A stretch of 64,000 nt of DNA from Kiritimatiellia bacterium (GCA_016783675.1 JADHWE010000002.1:19690-83689), one strand, 5' to 3'; shown: positions 49,187-58,204, numbered from the stretch's first letter. The notes: generated from the letters alone by a model not told the origin. Numbers and translations: made by a program.

Positions 49187-49682
49187 CGTCTTCATCCTCG
49201 TGATAAACATACTGCACGACCTCGTCCACACGGTCCGCCCCGCGCGCGCTCCATCCGACACGCGTGGTTACGACATACAGGTCGTCTTCGTCCTCGTCCT
49301 CTTCTTCCACCACGCGCTCGAACGTCATACCGTTGTCGAGCGTCATCAGCGTCACTTCCAGCTCCTCCAGCTCGTTCGTCACGATCAACGGATACTCGAC
49401 CTCGGCCTGGCTACGTACGAGCTGGGCTTCCTGGTAGTGGGTAGCGATCGACAGAACGAGCAGACATTTGCTCGCCGCCGTCAGCAACACCCCCAACGAC
49501 ACCCCCAATATCGCCGCCGCAAACACCACCTCAATCAGCGAGAAGCCGGCGCGGTTGAGCCGCCTTGTTTTGACAGGATTGACAGGATGGACAGGATTGC
49601 CCGGCTCCGCCAGGCATCGGCGAATAGCCCTGGCAGCGGCCGAAGGCCGCTGCCATCCCGTTAATCCTGTTAATCCTGTCAA
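49179..49682 (-). CDS. gspI: Minor pseudopilin GspI-like
   Basis: 'AG|FSLIEVVFAAAIL'; the only in-frame start is TTG 49682 (in-frame TGA at 49701-49703 upstream). Confidence 0.75.
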   Translation of the reverse strand: MTGLTGLTGWQRPSAAARAIRRCLAEPGNPVHPVNPVKTRRLNRAGFSLIEVVFAAAILGVSLGVLLTAASKCLLVLSIATHYQEAQLVRSQAEVEYPLIVTNELEELEVTLMTLDNGMTFERVVEEEDEDEDDLYVVTTRVGWSARGADRVDEVVQYVYHEDEDDE

Positions 49683-49684
49683 AA
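49568..49684. repeat. 9-bp-unit palindromic element (gacaggatt) with internal hairpin, inside the gspI leader
   Basis: ttttgacaggattgacaggatggacaggat ... tggcagcggccgaaggccgctgcca ... atcccgttaatcctgttaatcctgtcaaaa. Confidence 0.82.
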
Positions 49685-49692
49685 TGTCTTCC

Positions 49693-50346
49693 CTAGTCCT
49701 TCAGCACTCGCGCCGATGAGAGGGCGTCGATTTCTATGGTGGCGGTGGCGCCTTCGTTGTCTTCGATGCCGACCGTGTGCGGGGTGCAGCGGCCGTTGGT
49801 GTAGTAGATGATGGTGTGTGAGCCGTCTTCCGCCCGGTAGCCATCCTCCCCTTCGACCTCGATGAAGCTCAAGATGATACGGTTGAACTCGTGGACCACC
49901 TCTTCATCCACGATCGCCTGTGCACCCTCGTAGGCGCCGTCAGCGGCGCCCGGCGATTCACCGGTATCGTCATCGTCTATCTTCCACGCCTCGCTGACAA
50001 CGGCGGCCAGGGGGTCCTGCGGCTCCGGCGCGACGTCCGTTTCTTCGCCACTCTCGTCAAGGCGCTCGGACTTGGGTGCGGCACGGATGGTGAGCGTGGA
50101 TGCGTCCAGGTTGTAGACCACGCTCATCTGCCGCTGTGACAGAACCGCCAGGCTCATGGCATGGCGTCCGGCCGACATCACCACGCGCGTGGCGCCACGC
50201 AGCTCATGCTCGCGCAACGTGCTCACCACCTGCGGCAGCATAACCGTGACGGCCACACCTATAATCACCAACACCAGCAACACCTCTATTAAGGTGAAGC
50301 CGCGGCGGAGTGCGCTCGTCGACCTTCCCTGTGCAGCGTCAGTCAC
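49693..50346 (-). CDS. gspH: Minor pseudopilin GspH/FimT-like
   Basis: 'RRG|FTLIEVLLVLVIIGV', 'A.SLAV', 'I.Y..NG'. Confidence 0.8.
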   Translation of the reverse strand: MTDAAQGRSTSALRRGFTLIEVLLVLVIIGVAVTVMLPQVVSTLREHELRGATRVVMSAGRHAMSLAVLSQRQMSVVYNLDASTLTIRAAPKSERLDESGEETDVAPEPQDPLAAVVSEAWKIDDDDTGESPGAADGAYEGAQAIVDEEVVHEFNRIILSFIEVEGEDGYRAEDGSHTIIYYTNGRCTPHTVGIEDNEGATATIEIDALSSARVLKD

Positions 50347-50350
50347 CAGA

Positions 50351-50746
50351 CTAATTCGTCAGATCGTCTTCCGAGCCCAGGCTGCCATCCGGCCCGCCGG
50401 ATGAGACGACATAGCGGAACTTGCCTTCGCGCTTGAACTGGAAGGCGTTGCCCCAGGCATCAACCGGGATTTCCCGCAGCGGCGCCTCGATGTCCTCGGT
50501 CTCCTGGGTCAGGTCCTGCAGCGAACCGGGCATCTTGTTGAAGTTGATGCGGTAGAGCTCAATCGCCTTGCAGATCACATCAATGTTGCCGCGCGTCGCC
50601 GTGGTATTGGCCTTGTCCATGTGACCGCCAACACCCACCACCGCAATCGTCGCCAAAATCCCCAGGATCGCCACCACCAGCAACACCTCGATCAGCGTAA
50701 AACCCGCCGACCCATGCACCCCATGCTCACGTCTCTCTTCTCTCAT
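50351..50746 (-). CDS. gspG: Major pseudopilin GspG
   Basis: 'AG|FTLIEVLLVVAILGILA', 'AIELY', 'P.DAWGN.F', 'S.GPDG..G..DD'; AAGGAGG RBS. Confidence 0.9.
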   Translation of the reverse strand: MREERREHGVHGSAGFTLIEVLLVVAILGILATIAVVGVGGHMDKANTTATRGNIDVICKAIELYRINFNKMPGSLQDLTQETEDIEAPLREIPVDAWGNAFQFKREGKFRYVVSSGGPDGSLGSEDDLTN

Positions 50747-50781
50747 CACACCCTCCTTTTTTAACATCTTCAGAAACCCAC

Positions 50782-51010
50782 CTACCCCCAGCGGAGGCCA
50801 GGGCAAGGGTCTCGCAGGCCTTCTCCCATTCTACCCCCAGCGGAGGCCAGGGCAAGGGTTCCGAAGGCCTTCTCCCATTCTACCCCCAGCGGAGGCCAGG
50901 GCAAGGGTTCCGAAGGCCTTTGAGCGTGGTATTCCACGCTCTCCAGCCGAGGAACCCTTGCCCTGGCCGGAGCGCCCTCCAGCCAAGTGGCCTTCCCCTT
51001 GGCCGGAGCG
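50782..51010 (+). repeat. Nested/tandem array of the branched element: three 49-bp left arms plus two right arms
   Basis: ctacccccagcggaggccagggcaaggg.. starts at 50782, 50831, 50880; inner hairpin gagcgtggtattccacgctc; two right arms ccagcc...ggccggagcg ending at 50974 and 51010. Confidence 0.85.
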
Positions 51011-51014
51011 AACC

Positions 51015-52253
51015 TTATCCCAAGCCCTGCGTCATACTGAACACCGCCATCACAATCGCTATCGCAATAAACCCAACCAATCCCGCTACCACCACGATCA
51101 GGATCGGCTCCAGCGCCGTCGTAAAGATCTTCACATTGCGGTCGAGCTCGTTCTCGTAGCGCTGCGCGATATGCCCCAGCGCGCTGGGCATGTCACCGGT
51201 TTGCTCTCCGATCGCGAGCATGTCGGTCATCATCCGCGGAAATACCTTGCCGGCCGCCAGCGGCCCGGAGATTGTCGTACCGTCGGTCACGCGATCGCGC
51301 GCGTTCTTCAGCTCCGCACGCAACACGACATTCGTCATCGTACGCTCCACGATCCCCAGCGCCTGCAGGGCGGGCACCCCGTTACCCAACAACGTACCGA
51401 GCGTACGGGCCATGTTGGCAAACACCGACGACGCCACAATGCCCTTGATCAACGGAGCCCTGAGAAGGATACGGTGCCATACAAACTGTCCTTGCCCGGA
51501 TCGCGTAGCGCGGTAGAGCAGCACCACGATGATCGTCGTCACGATGGCGATAATCCAGCCATACTTGATGGTAATCTCGCTCACGCGCATAAGGATCATG
51601 GTCGGCAACGGAAGCTGACTGCCCAGCGTATCGAAGATCTTCTTGAACTTGGGAACCACGGCCACCATCGAGAAGATCAGAACGCCCACCCCCATAAACA
51701 GGACGATCACCGGATACACCAGCGCCATGATGACCTTGTCTTTGAGATCCTGCATTCGTTCATAATGCAGCACCAGGCGCCCCAACACCTCGTGCAGCGC
51801 ACCACTGGCCTCACCGGCGCGGATCATGCTCGCGTAGAGTGTCCCGAAGGTCTTGGGGTGCTTCTCCAGGGCCTCCGACATACTGGCCCCGCGGACGATG
51901 TCGTCGCGGAGCGCGGTGATAATCAGCCCTTCCTGGTGCGATGCATCGCGGCTGGAAAGACAGTTGAGCGCGTTGCCCAGGGTCATGCCCGATGCCAGCA
52001 GATCGCTCAGCTCGGTCGTAAAGGTCAACACGTCGCGCCGTCGCATGCGGGGTACGCCGCGCACGGTGGGAGCCGCCTTCTTCTTGTCTCTCGATTTTCC
52101 CCGAGGCGCCGCACTCGCGCCCTCGTGCACGGAAACCGGGACCAGCCCCTGGCGCTCGATCTCCTGCATCGCCGCCCGCCGGTCATGGGCATCAACACTA
52201 CCCTCAACCGCTTCACCGCTTCGCTTGCGGGCTCTATATGAGAAAGTTGGCAT
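51015..52253 (-). CDS. gspF: Type II secretion platform protein GspF
   Basis: 'MPTFSYRA', 'SMIRAGEASGAL', 'AIGEQTGDM', 'ALEPILI'. Confidence 0.92.
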   Translation of the reverse strand: MPTFSYRARKRSGEAVEGSVDAHDRRAAMQEIERQGLVPVSVHEGASAAPRGKSRDKKKAAPTVRGVPRMRRRDVLTFTTELSDLLASGMTLGNALNCLSSRDASHQEGLIITALRDDIVRGASMSEALEKHPKTFGTLYASMIRAGEASGALHEVLGRLVLHYERMQDLKDKVIMALVYPVIVLFMGVGVLIFSMVAVVPKFKKIFDTLGSQLPLPTMILMRVSEITIKYGWIIAIVTTIIVVLLYRATRSGQGQFVWHRILLRAPLIKGIVASSVFANMARTLGTLLGNGVPALQALGIVERTMTNVVLRAELKNARDRVTDGTTISGPLAAGKVFPRMMTDMLAIGEQTGDMPSALGHIAQRYENELDRNVKIFTTALEPILIVVVAGLVGFIAIAIVMAVFSMTQGLG

Positions 52254-52256
52254 CCG

Positions 52257-53957
52257 TTACTGGTTTTCTTCTGTTACCCGCAGCACTTCTTCGATCGTCG
52301 TGAAGCCGTTGAGCACTTTCTGCCAGCCGTCATCACGCAGCGTCACCATGCCCTGCTCGATGGACTTCGCCTTAATGTCGTGGGCCGAGCTGCGTGCCAC
52401 AACGAGCGCCTCGATGCCCTCCGTAACGTGCAGCACCTCGAAGATACCGCCGCGCCCCCGGAACCCGGTCATACGACAGGCCTCGCACGTGCTCGGCTCA
52501 TAGATAATACCGGTCGACAGCTTCTCCATCGGGAAGCCCAGCCTCTCCAGGCGCGCGCGGTCGGCCACATGCACCTTGCGGCAGTCGGGACAGAGGCGGC
52601 GCACGAGGCGCTGCGCAACGACACCGGTCACGGCGGACGCCACGAGGAACGGCTCCACTCCCATGTCGAGTAGACGCGTGAACGAACCGGCCGAGTCGTT
52701 TGTGTGCAGCGTACTGAAAACCAGGTGACCGGTCAGCGAGGCCTGGATCGCGATTTCCGCCGTTTCCGCGTCGCGAATTTCACCCACCATGATGATGTCG
52801 GGGTCCTGGCGCAGGAACGAGCGCAACGTACGGGCAAAGCTCAACCCGATATCAGGGCGTACCAGCACCTGGTTGATTCCACCCATCTCGTACTCGATCG
52901 GCTCCTCGGCCGTAAGGATGCGCCGGTCGATCTTGTTGACCTCGTGCAGGAACGCATAAAGTGATGTAGACTTACCAGATCCGGTCGGCCCCGTGACCAG
53001 GATGATTCCGTTGGGCCGATGGATCATCTTCTCCATGAGCCCCTTGTCACGCGGGGTCATCCCCAGGTCTTCGAGATCGATGAACTCGCCCTTCCGCTGC
53101 AGGAGACGCAGGCTGACGCTTTCGCCGTAGACGGTCGGCATGGTCGAGACACGGATATCGATATCTTCGCCTTGGACGCGCAGCCCGATACGGCCATCCA
53201 TGGGGAGGCGCTTCTCGGCAATGTCGAGGTTGGCCATCACCTTGATACGCGAGATAATGGCAGCCTGGAACCGGATCAGGCGCGCCGGCACCGGGGTCTG
53301 GTGAAGCACCCCGTCCACCCGGTAGCGAATGCGGAGCTGATCTTCCATCGGTTCGAAATGGATATCCGTGGAGCCCTGCTGCACCGCTTCCCAGATGATC
53401 TGGTTGACGAACTTGACGATCGAGGCTTCCTGGTCGAGCTCGGTCACGTCAACCTTGGTCAGCGTTTCCTCGGCCACCTCAAAGCGGTCGTCCTGCATCA
53501 TGCGATCGACCGTCTCGGCGCCCACACCGTAGAACTTCTTGGCAGCCTTGGCGATGTCGGTAGAAGGACTCAGGGCCAGCTTAACGCGTCCTCCGGCGGC
53601 CAGGCGCAGGCTATCGACCAGCCCGGCATTGAGGGGGTCGTTCGTGGCTACCTGCAGCGTCCCGTTCTCGAACTCAAAAGGAATAACTTGATACTGGAAG
53701 ACCGCCTTCGTCGGGAGTCGATCGAGCACTTCCTGATCGATTTCCTGCGTGTTCAACCGCAGGTAAGGCAGGCGCAGCACCTCGGCCAGCTTCTCGAGAA
53801 AAGCTTCCTCGGGGGCATAGCCCTCGGCCGCCACGATCTCGGTAATACCCATGTCCGAGCTGCGTGCCGCCTCGATCAGCTCGACCACCTGCGCAGGCGT
53901 GAAGAGCTCCATCCGCTCCAACAGCCCCGAGAGATACTCTGTATTGGCATTCGGCAT
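52257..53957 (-). CDS. gspE: Type II secretion ATPase GspE
   Basis: GPTGSGKST, 'LRQDPDIIMVGEIRD', 'GHLVFSTLHTND', CPDC..CEAC. Confidence 0.93.
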   Translation of the reverse strand: MPNANTEYLSGLLERMELFTPAQVVELIEAARSSDMGITEIVAAEGYAPEEAFLEKLAEVLRLPYLRLNTQEIDQEVLDRLPTKAVFQYQVIPFEFENGTLQVATNDPLNAGLVDSLRLAAGGRVKLALSPSTDIAKAAKKFYGVGAETVDRMMQDDRFEVAEETLTKVDVTELDQEASIVKFVNQIIWEAVQQGSTDIHFEPMEDQLRIRYRVDGVLHQTPVPARLIRFQAAIISRIKVMANLDIAEKRLPMDGRIGLRVQGEDIDIRVSTMPTVYGESVSLRLLQRKGEFIDLEDLGMTPRDKGLMEKMIHRPNGIILVTGPTGSGKSTSLYAFLHEVNKIDRRILTAEEPIEYEMGGINQVLVRPDIGLSFARTLRSFLRQDPDIIMVGEIRDAETAEIAIQASLTGHLVFSTLHTNDSAGSFTRLLDMGVEPFLVASAVTGVVAQRLVRRLCPDCRKVHVADRARLERLGFPMEKLSTGIIYEPSTCEACRMTGFRGRGGIFEVLHVTEGIEALVVARSSAHDIKAKSIEQGMVTLRDDGWQKVLNGFTTIEEVLRVTEENQ

Positions 53958-54000
53958 CGTTCAATTAGTCTATGCCGAACCCCGCCACTCTGTCCAACAC

Positions 54001-55161
54001 CTAAAGCTTGATCCCGCGGCGCTGGTAGGTGGGGATGTCGAGGTCTTCGCCATCTTGGAGGGTGGGGTCGGTGTCTTCGAACTGACCGCGGCCGGCGGGT
54101 TCGAGTTGGAGTGTTGTTTGCACGCCGGTGCGGGATGGTGGATTGGGATTCTCGACCAGGGGCGGAAACTCGTCTGTTGTTGTTTCGGTCGGCGCGGCCA
54201 CGGTCCGCGCCGGCGCGGCACCGCTCCAGCCACCGGGTCGGGCGGCAATGAGAGTCAGCAGCAGGCGGCCCTTCCATTCCGGGTCGATCGACGTGCCAAT
54301 CGTAACATCTGTCTCTTCACCGCAGGCGGCCTTGATCGGCACCATGATGTCGCCCAGGTCTTTCAGCGTCAGGTCGTCGCCGGCCACGATGCTGACCAGG
54401 ACCGACTTGCAGTCGGCCAGTATGGCACCCCCGTCGATCATGGGATGGGCAAGGAGTTGCTTTGCCGCGCTCTGTCCGCGGCACCGGCCGCGTCCCTCGG
54501 CCCAAGCCAGGCTGGCGATGCCCCGCTCCGGCTTGGCAACCTGCGCCAGGTCCGATGCGCTCGCGTTCAGGTAGCCGGGCTTGGTGAGCAGCTGCCAGAT
54601 GGCCAGCACGCACGTGCCCAGCGCGGCTTCCGCCTTCGGAAAAGCTTCGCTCACAGCATCCTTGCCGGTGCTCTTGAATAGCTTATCGTTGGGAACCAGG
54701 ATCAGCCCGTCGGTGGCCTCGCGAATCTCCGGCACAGCACGGCGCGCCAGCACGGCGCGCCCCTTGCTTTCGAACCCGAACGGCAGCGTCGCAAAGCAGA
54801 GCGTGGGGATGCCGGCCAATCCGGCAGCCTTGAGCACGTCCACGGTGATCGCCGAGCCCGTCCCCCCTCCCAGGCCTGTCAGCACCAGGACCATGGCGGC
54901 ATCGGTCAGCAAGCCGCGAATCATCTCGGCATCTTCGGTTGCCGCACGGCGGCCCAGCCCGGCATCACCGCCGGTGCCCTTGCCGTGGGTCAGGTGAGAT
55001 CCGATCTGCAGCTTGCTGACCGCCCCGGAGGATGCCAACGCCTCGGTGTCCGTATCGATCACAGCGGTACGCAGTGCCCCCGGCACGAGGCCGGACAGCC
55101 CCTCCACGAGACGCCCCCCGGCGCCCCCCACTCCGACGATCAGTATGTCGTTACTATTCAT
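54001..55161 (-). CDS. ftsZ: Cell division protein FtsZ (divergent)
   Basis: 'GVGGAGG', 'GLGGGTGS', 'PFGFE', 'NDKL', C-terminal 'DLDIPTYQRR'. Confidence 0.88.
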   Translation of the reverse strand: MNSNDILIVGVGGAGGRLVEGLSGLVPGALRTAVIDTDTEALASSGAVSKLQIGSHLTHGKGTGGDAGLGRRAATEDAEMIRGLLTDAAMVLVLTGLGGGTGSAITVDVLKAAGLAGIPTLCFATLPFGFESKGRAVLARRAVPEIREATDGLILVPNDKLFKSTGKDAVSEAFPKAEAALGTCVLAIWQLLTKPGYLNASASDLAQVAKPERGIASLAWAEGRGRCRGQSAAKQLLAHPMIDGGAILADCKSVLVSIVAGDDLTLKDLGDIMVPIKAACGEETDVTIGTSIDPEWKGRLLLTLIAARPGGWSGAAPARTVAAPTETTTDEFPPLVENPNPPSRTGVQTTLQLEPAGRGQFEDTDPTLQDGEDLDIPTYQRRGIKL

Positions 55162-55174
55162 AGAATGAACTCAA

Positions 55175-55240
55175 ACATGGATGTACAGGATCAAGCAGGA
55201 TTCGAACTCTCATTATCCTCTCCATCCTGTATATCCATGT
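55175..55240. repeat. Palindromic element of the 5885 family between ftsA and ftsZ
   Basis: acatggatgtacaggatcaagcaggat ... atcctctccatcctgtatatccatgt. Confidence 0.75.
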
Positions 55241-55255
55241 GAGTACCCTACCGGT

Positions 55256-56455
55256 TCAACGTTTCAGAATGTTCTTAATCAAGCCGGTCAGAGCCGGGGC
55301 GCGGCGGCGGCTCTGCCATTTGCGGCAGGCGTATTGGATCAGGCCTGTGCAGGTGGCGTACTCCGGCCCCTCGGTGGCCGTCGCCAGGCCGCTGACTTCA
55401 CGCGGGCGCCCGACGGTGCAGGGCATCTTGAATATCTCGGCGGCCAGGTCGGTCACGCCCGGCATGTGCGCGCAGCCGCCCACGAGTACCACGCCCGCGG
55501 CCAGGTGCGGCGGCACCTTGTCCTCTTCCAGGCGATGCTGCACCATGCGAAGCGTCTCGTCGACACGGGCATTTATGACAGTCAGCAGGGATTGACGCGA
55601 GATGGTGCGTCCGCCGAACCCGACGCCCGGCGCCACGGCAACCTTTCCTTCCACGTCGGCCGGTATCACCGCCCCACCGTGTTCGATCTTGCAGCGCTCG
55701 GCCTGTCGCTCGGGAATGCCGAACGCGAGCGCGATATCGTTCGTGACGTGGTCGCCGCCTACACCGAGCGCGCCCGTGGCGGCAATGACGTTACCGGCAT
55801 AGGCAACATACTCGGTTGTGCCCGCACCCATATCGATGACCAGCACGCCGCCCTTCTTCTGCTCAACACTTAATACCGAAAGCCCCGATGCCAGGCCTGC
55901 GTAGATCACGTCCTTCACATCGATCATCAGGTCTTCGACAGCCTTGATCGCGTTGCGCATCGGTGAGCGCAGTCCGTGCACGACGAGCATATCCAGCTCG
56001 AGGCGCGCGCCTTCCATGCCTTCGGGCGTCACAACGCGCTGCTGACCGTCGATACAGTAATGCTGGCAAATCGTGTGGAGTACCTCGCGGTCGGTGGGCA
56101 TATTCACGGCCTTCGCGATATTCATGACGGACTGCATGTCGTGGCGCGTGATCTCGCTCCGGTCGCGCACGGGCACCACGCCGCGGTGGACGTCGCTGCG
56201 TACGTGTCCGCCCGACACGGCGAGCACGACCTGGCGGATGGTAACCTCGCCACTCTCCTCGGCGGCAGCCAGGGCAGCTTTGGTTGCATCGGCGGCGGCC
56301 TCGATGTCGACCACCAGCCCTTTGCTGATCCCGCGCGAGGGCTGCTCGCCCATACCGGTGATCATGATGTGCCCGTCTTCACGCATCTCACCCACGAGGG
56401 CGATCACCTTGGCGGTGCCCAGCTCCAACGCAACAATGACCGGTGATGCAGGCAT
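55256..56455 (-). CDS. ftsA: Cell division protein FtsA
   Basis: 'ALELGTAKV.ALVGE', 'P.GM.G.RLE', 'IDMGAGTT', 'GGDHVTNDIA', 'AE..KI.HG', 'P.YAT..GL'. Confidence 0.95.
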   Translation of the reverse strand: MPASPVIVALELGTAKVIALVGEMREDGHIMITGMGEQPSRGISKGLVVDIEAAADATKAALAAAEESGEVTIRQVVLAVSGGHVRSDVHRGVVPVRDRSEITRHDMQSVMNIAKAVNMPTDREVLHTICQHYCIDGQQRVVTPEGMEGARLELDMLVVHGLRSPMRNAIKAVEDLMIDVKDVIYAGLASGLSVLSVEQKKGGVLVIDMGAGTTEYVAYAGNVIAATGALGVGGDHVTNDIALAFGIPERQAERCKIEHGGAVIPADVEGKVAVAPGVGFGGRTISRQSLLTVINARVDETLRMVQHRLEEDKVPPHLAAGVVLVGGCAHMPGVTDLAAEIFKMPCTVGRPREVSGLATATEGPEYATCTGLIQYACRKWQSRRRAPALTGLIKNILKR

Positions 56456-56461
56456 AGGTGT

Positions 56462-57319
56462 TTACCGTCCGTAGAGGCGTCCGTCGATCGTGGCATCCAG
56501 GTAGGACAGGCGCGCTCCCTTGGGGTCGTCGAACGCCTGCTTGATGAATCCCAGCGTGTCAGACAGGCTGCGAAGCGATGCGGAAGTCTGCTGGCCCATT
56601 CCGTTCCAGGTCAGGGGCACTTCGCGTTTGCGGTCCTTGTACTCCATCTTCAGCACGAGCTTTTCGGGGTCGCCAACATCAACATCCAGCGGCCGCATGT
56701 CCACCTGCCGGCTATCGCAGCCTTCGATCACTTGCAGAGCGGCCAGCACACTGCCTTCGAGTTGCATCCCGGGCTCGAGGTCCTTGCTGTCATAGCCGCT
56801 GATCGTCGGCAGGCCGCGCGTCCCGGTGCGCGCGATGAATACACACCCCTCGCTGTCGGCCACCATGCCGCCACGGTGTCCGATCCGGGCCAGCGGCGTA
56901 CGATCGATCACGTTGATGACCACCCTGTCGGGCAGGTAGCGCGTGATGGTCATGGAATGAAAATTCGGGGAGTTGGCCATCACGTACTCGCGCACGGCGC
57001 CGATATCGAAACCGAAGATGTTCTGACCTTCCTTGATCTGCGTGTAGTCTTTCACCAGCGCCTTGGTGCGCGGGCTCGTGGCCAGGACCTGCAGATCGCG
57101 GATGACGAAGGCGTCGCTGCGGGCATAGAGGAAGGCGCCCAGCTCGCGAATGCACAGCCAGAGCAGGAACACGCCGATCAAAACCGAGATCGGCACAGCC
57201 GCCAGCCCCGCGATATGGGCATAGCGCGTCTTCTTCTTCCGGGTACGACGCGCACTCACGCGCAATACGGGCGTCTTTTTCCGGGATCGTAATCTGGATC
57301 TAGACCTCGCCATCTTCAC
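56462..57319 (-). CDS. ftsQ: Cell division protein FtsQ/DivIB
   Basis: Basic N-terminus, single TM, POTRA-like 'GQNIF..D...R.LP..V.I.V.DR.P.A'; between ddl and ftsA. Confidence 0.82.
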   Translation of the reverse strand: MKMARSRSRLRSRKKTPVLRVSARRTRKKKTRYAHIAGLAAVPISVLIGVFLLWLCIRELGAFLYARSDAFVIRDLQVLATSPRTKALVKDYTQIKEGQNIFGFDIGAVREYVMANSPNFHSMTITRYLPDRVVINVIDRTPLARIGHRGGMVADSEGCVFIARTGTRGLPTISGYDSKDLEPGMQLEGSVLAALQVIEGCDSRQVDMRPLDVDVGDPEKLVLKMEYKDRKREVPLTWNGMGQQTSASLRSLSDTLGFIKQAFDDPKGARLSYLDATIDGRLYGR

Positions 57320-58202
57320 CCTCGTTCGTTACGGCCAACTCTACAATCATTGCGCACAGTTCAGCAAACCCGATTCCGGCCGCCGCGGCGCCCTTGGGCA
57401 GAAGACTGGTTTCGGTGAACCCCGGAATCGTGTTGATCTCAAGCACGGTCGGTTCACCGCTCTCCGGCAGCCGAAAGTCCACGCGCGCAAAACCGCTGCA
57501 TTCCATCACGCGGAACGTATCCAGCGCGAGCTCGCGACAGCGTTGCGCCACGCCTTCGTCAAGATCAGCCGGGAAGATGTACTCCGTCTTCCCGCTGGTG
57601 TACTTCGCTTCATAGTCGTACCACGCATCGGGCGCGATGATCTCGCCGACCGGGAGGGCCAGGTCGCCCACCACGCCCACAGTCAGTTCGCGTCCCGGCA
57701 CATAGGTCTCGGCCACTGCGCGGCCGTAGCGGCGGGCATCGGCGCAGGCGGCGGCCCACTCCCCGGGCTCGCGCACACAGTGGATGCCGATGGTCGACCC
57801 CTGGCAGGCAGGCTTGATCACGACGGGAAGCGGAAGCGGAGAAACCTCACCATCGCGCAACACGCTGAACTCAGGCGTTGGAATCCCGGCGGCCACGAGG
57901 CGCTCTTTCGTGGTGATCTTGTCGTACGATGCCCGGCTGGCGGCAACGCCCGACCCGGTATAGGGCACGCCCATGCCGTCCAGAAGCTCCTGTACGCCGC
58001 CGTCCTCGCCAAAGTCACCGTGCAGGGCAATGAATACCGCGTCCGTCCCCTCCGGCAGCGAGACAGCGCGCTCCGTCACATCGATTTCGGTAACGTCGTA
58101 GCCCGCTTCACGCAGTCCGTTCGCAATCGCAGCACCAGAACGCAACGATACGTCGCGTTCTTCAGATACGCCGCCTTTTAGAACTGTTACAGATCTACCC
58201 AT
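57300..58202 (-). CDS. ddl: D-alanine--D-alanine ligase
   Basis: 'GG.S.ER.VSL.SG', 'ALHG.FGEDG', 'PYTGSG', 'YDYEAKY', 'EINTIPG.T..SL.P'. Confidence 0.96.
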   Translation of the reverse strand: MGRSVTVLKGGVSEERDVSLRSGAAIANGLREAGYDVTEIDVTERAVSLPEGTDAVFIALHGDFGEDGGVQELLDGMGVPYTGSGVAASRASYDKITTKERLVAAGIPTPEFSVLRDGEVSPLPLPVVIKPACQGSTIGIHCVREPGEWAAACADARRYGRAVAETYVPGRELTVGVVGDLALPVGEIIAPDAWYDYEAKYTSGKTEYIFPADLDEGVAQRCRELALDTFRVMECSGFARVDFRLPESGEPTVLEINTIPGFTETSLLPKGAAAAGIGFAELCAMIVELAVTNEGEDGEV

Positions 58203-58204
58203 GG

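Noticed and set aside
50747..50806. Extended gspG leader (MPWPPLGVGG...) derived from the repeat
   Set aside because: A strong AAGGAGG RBS precedes ATG 50746, so the repeat array is intergenic here
50782..50920. Three 49-bp direct repeats as a mini CRISPR array
   Set aside because: The intervening sequences are short and identical (ctcccatt), there are no unique spacers or cas genes, and the units are arms of a palindromic element
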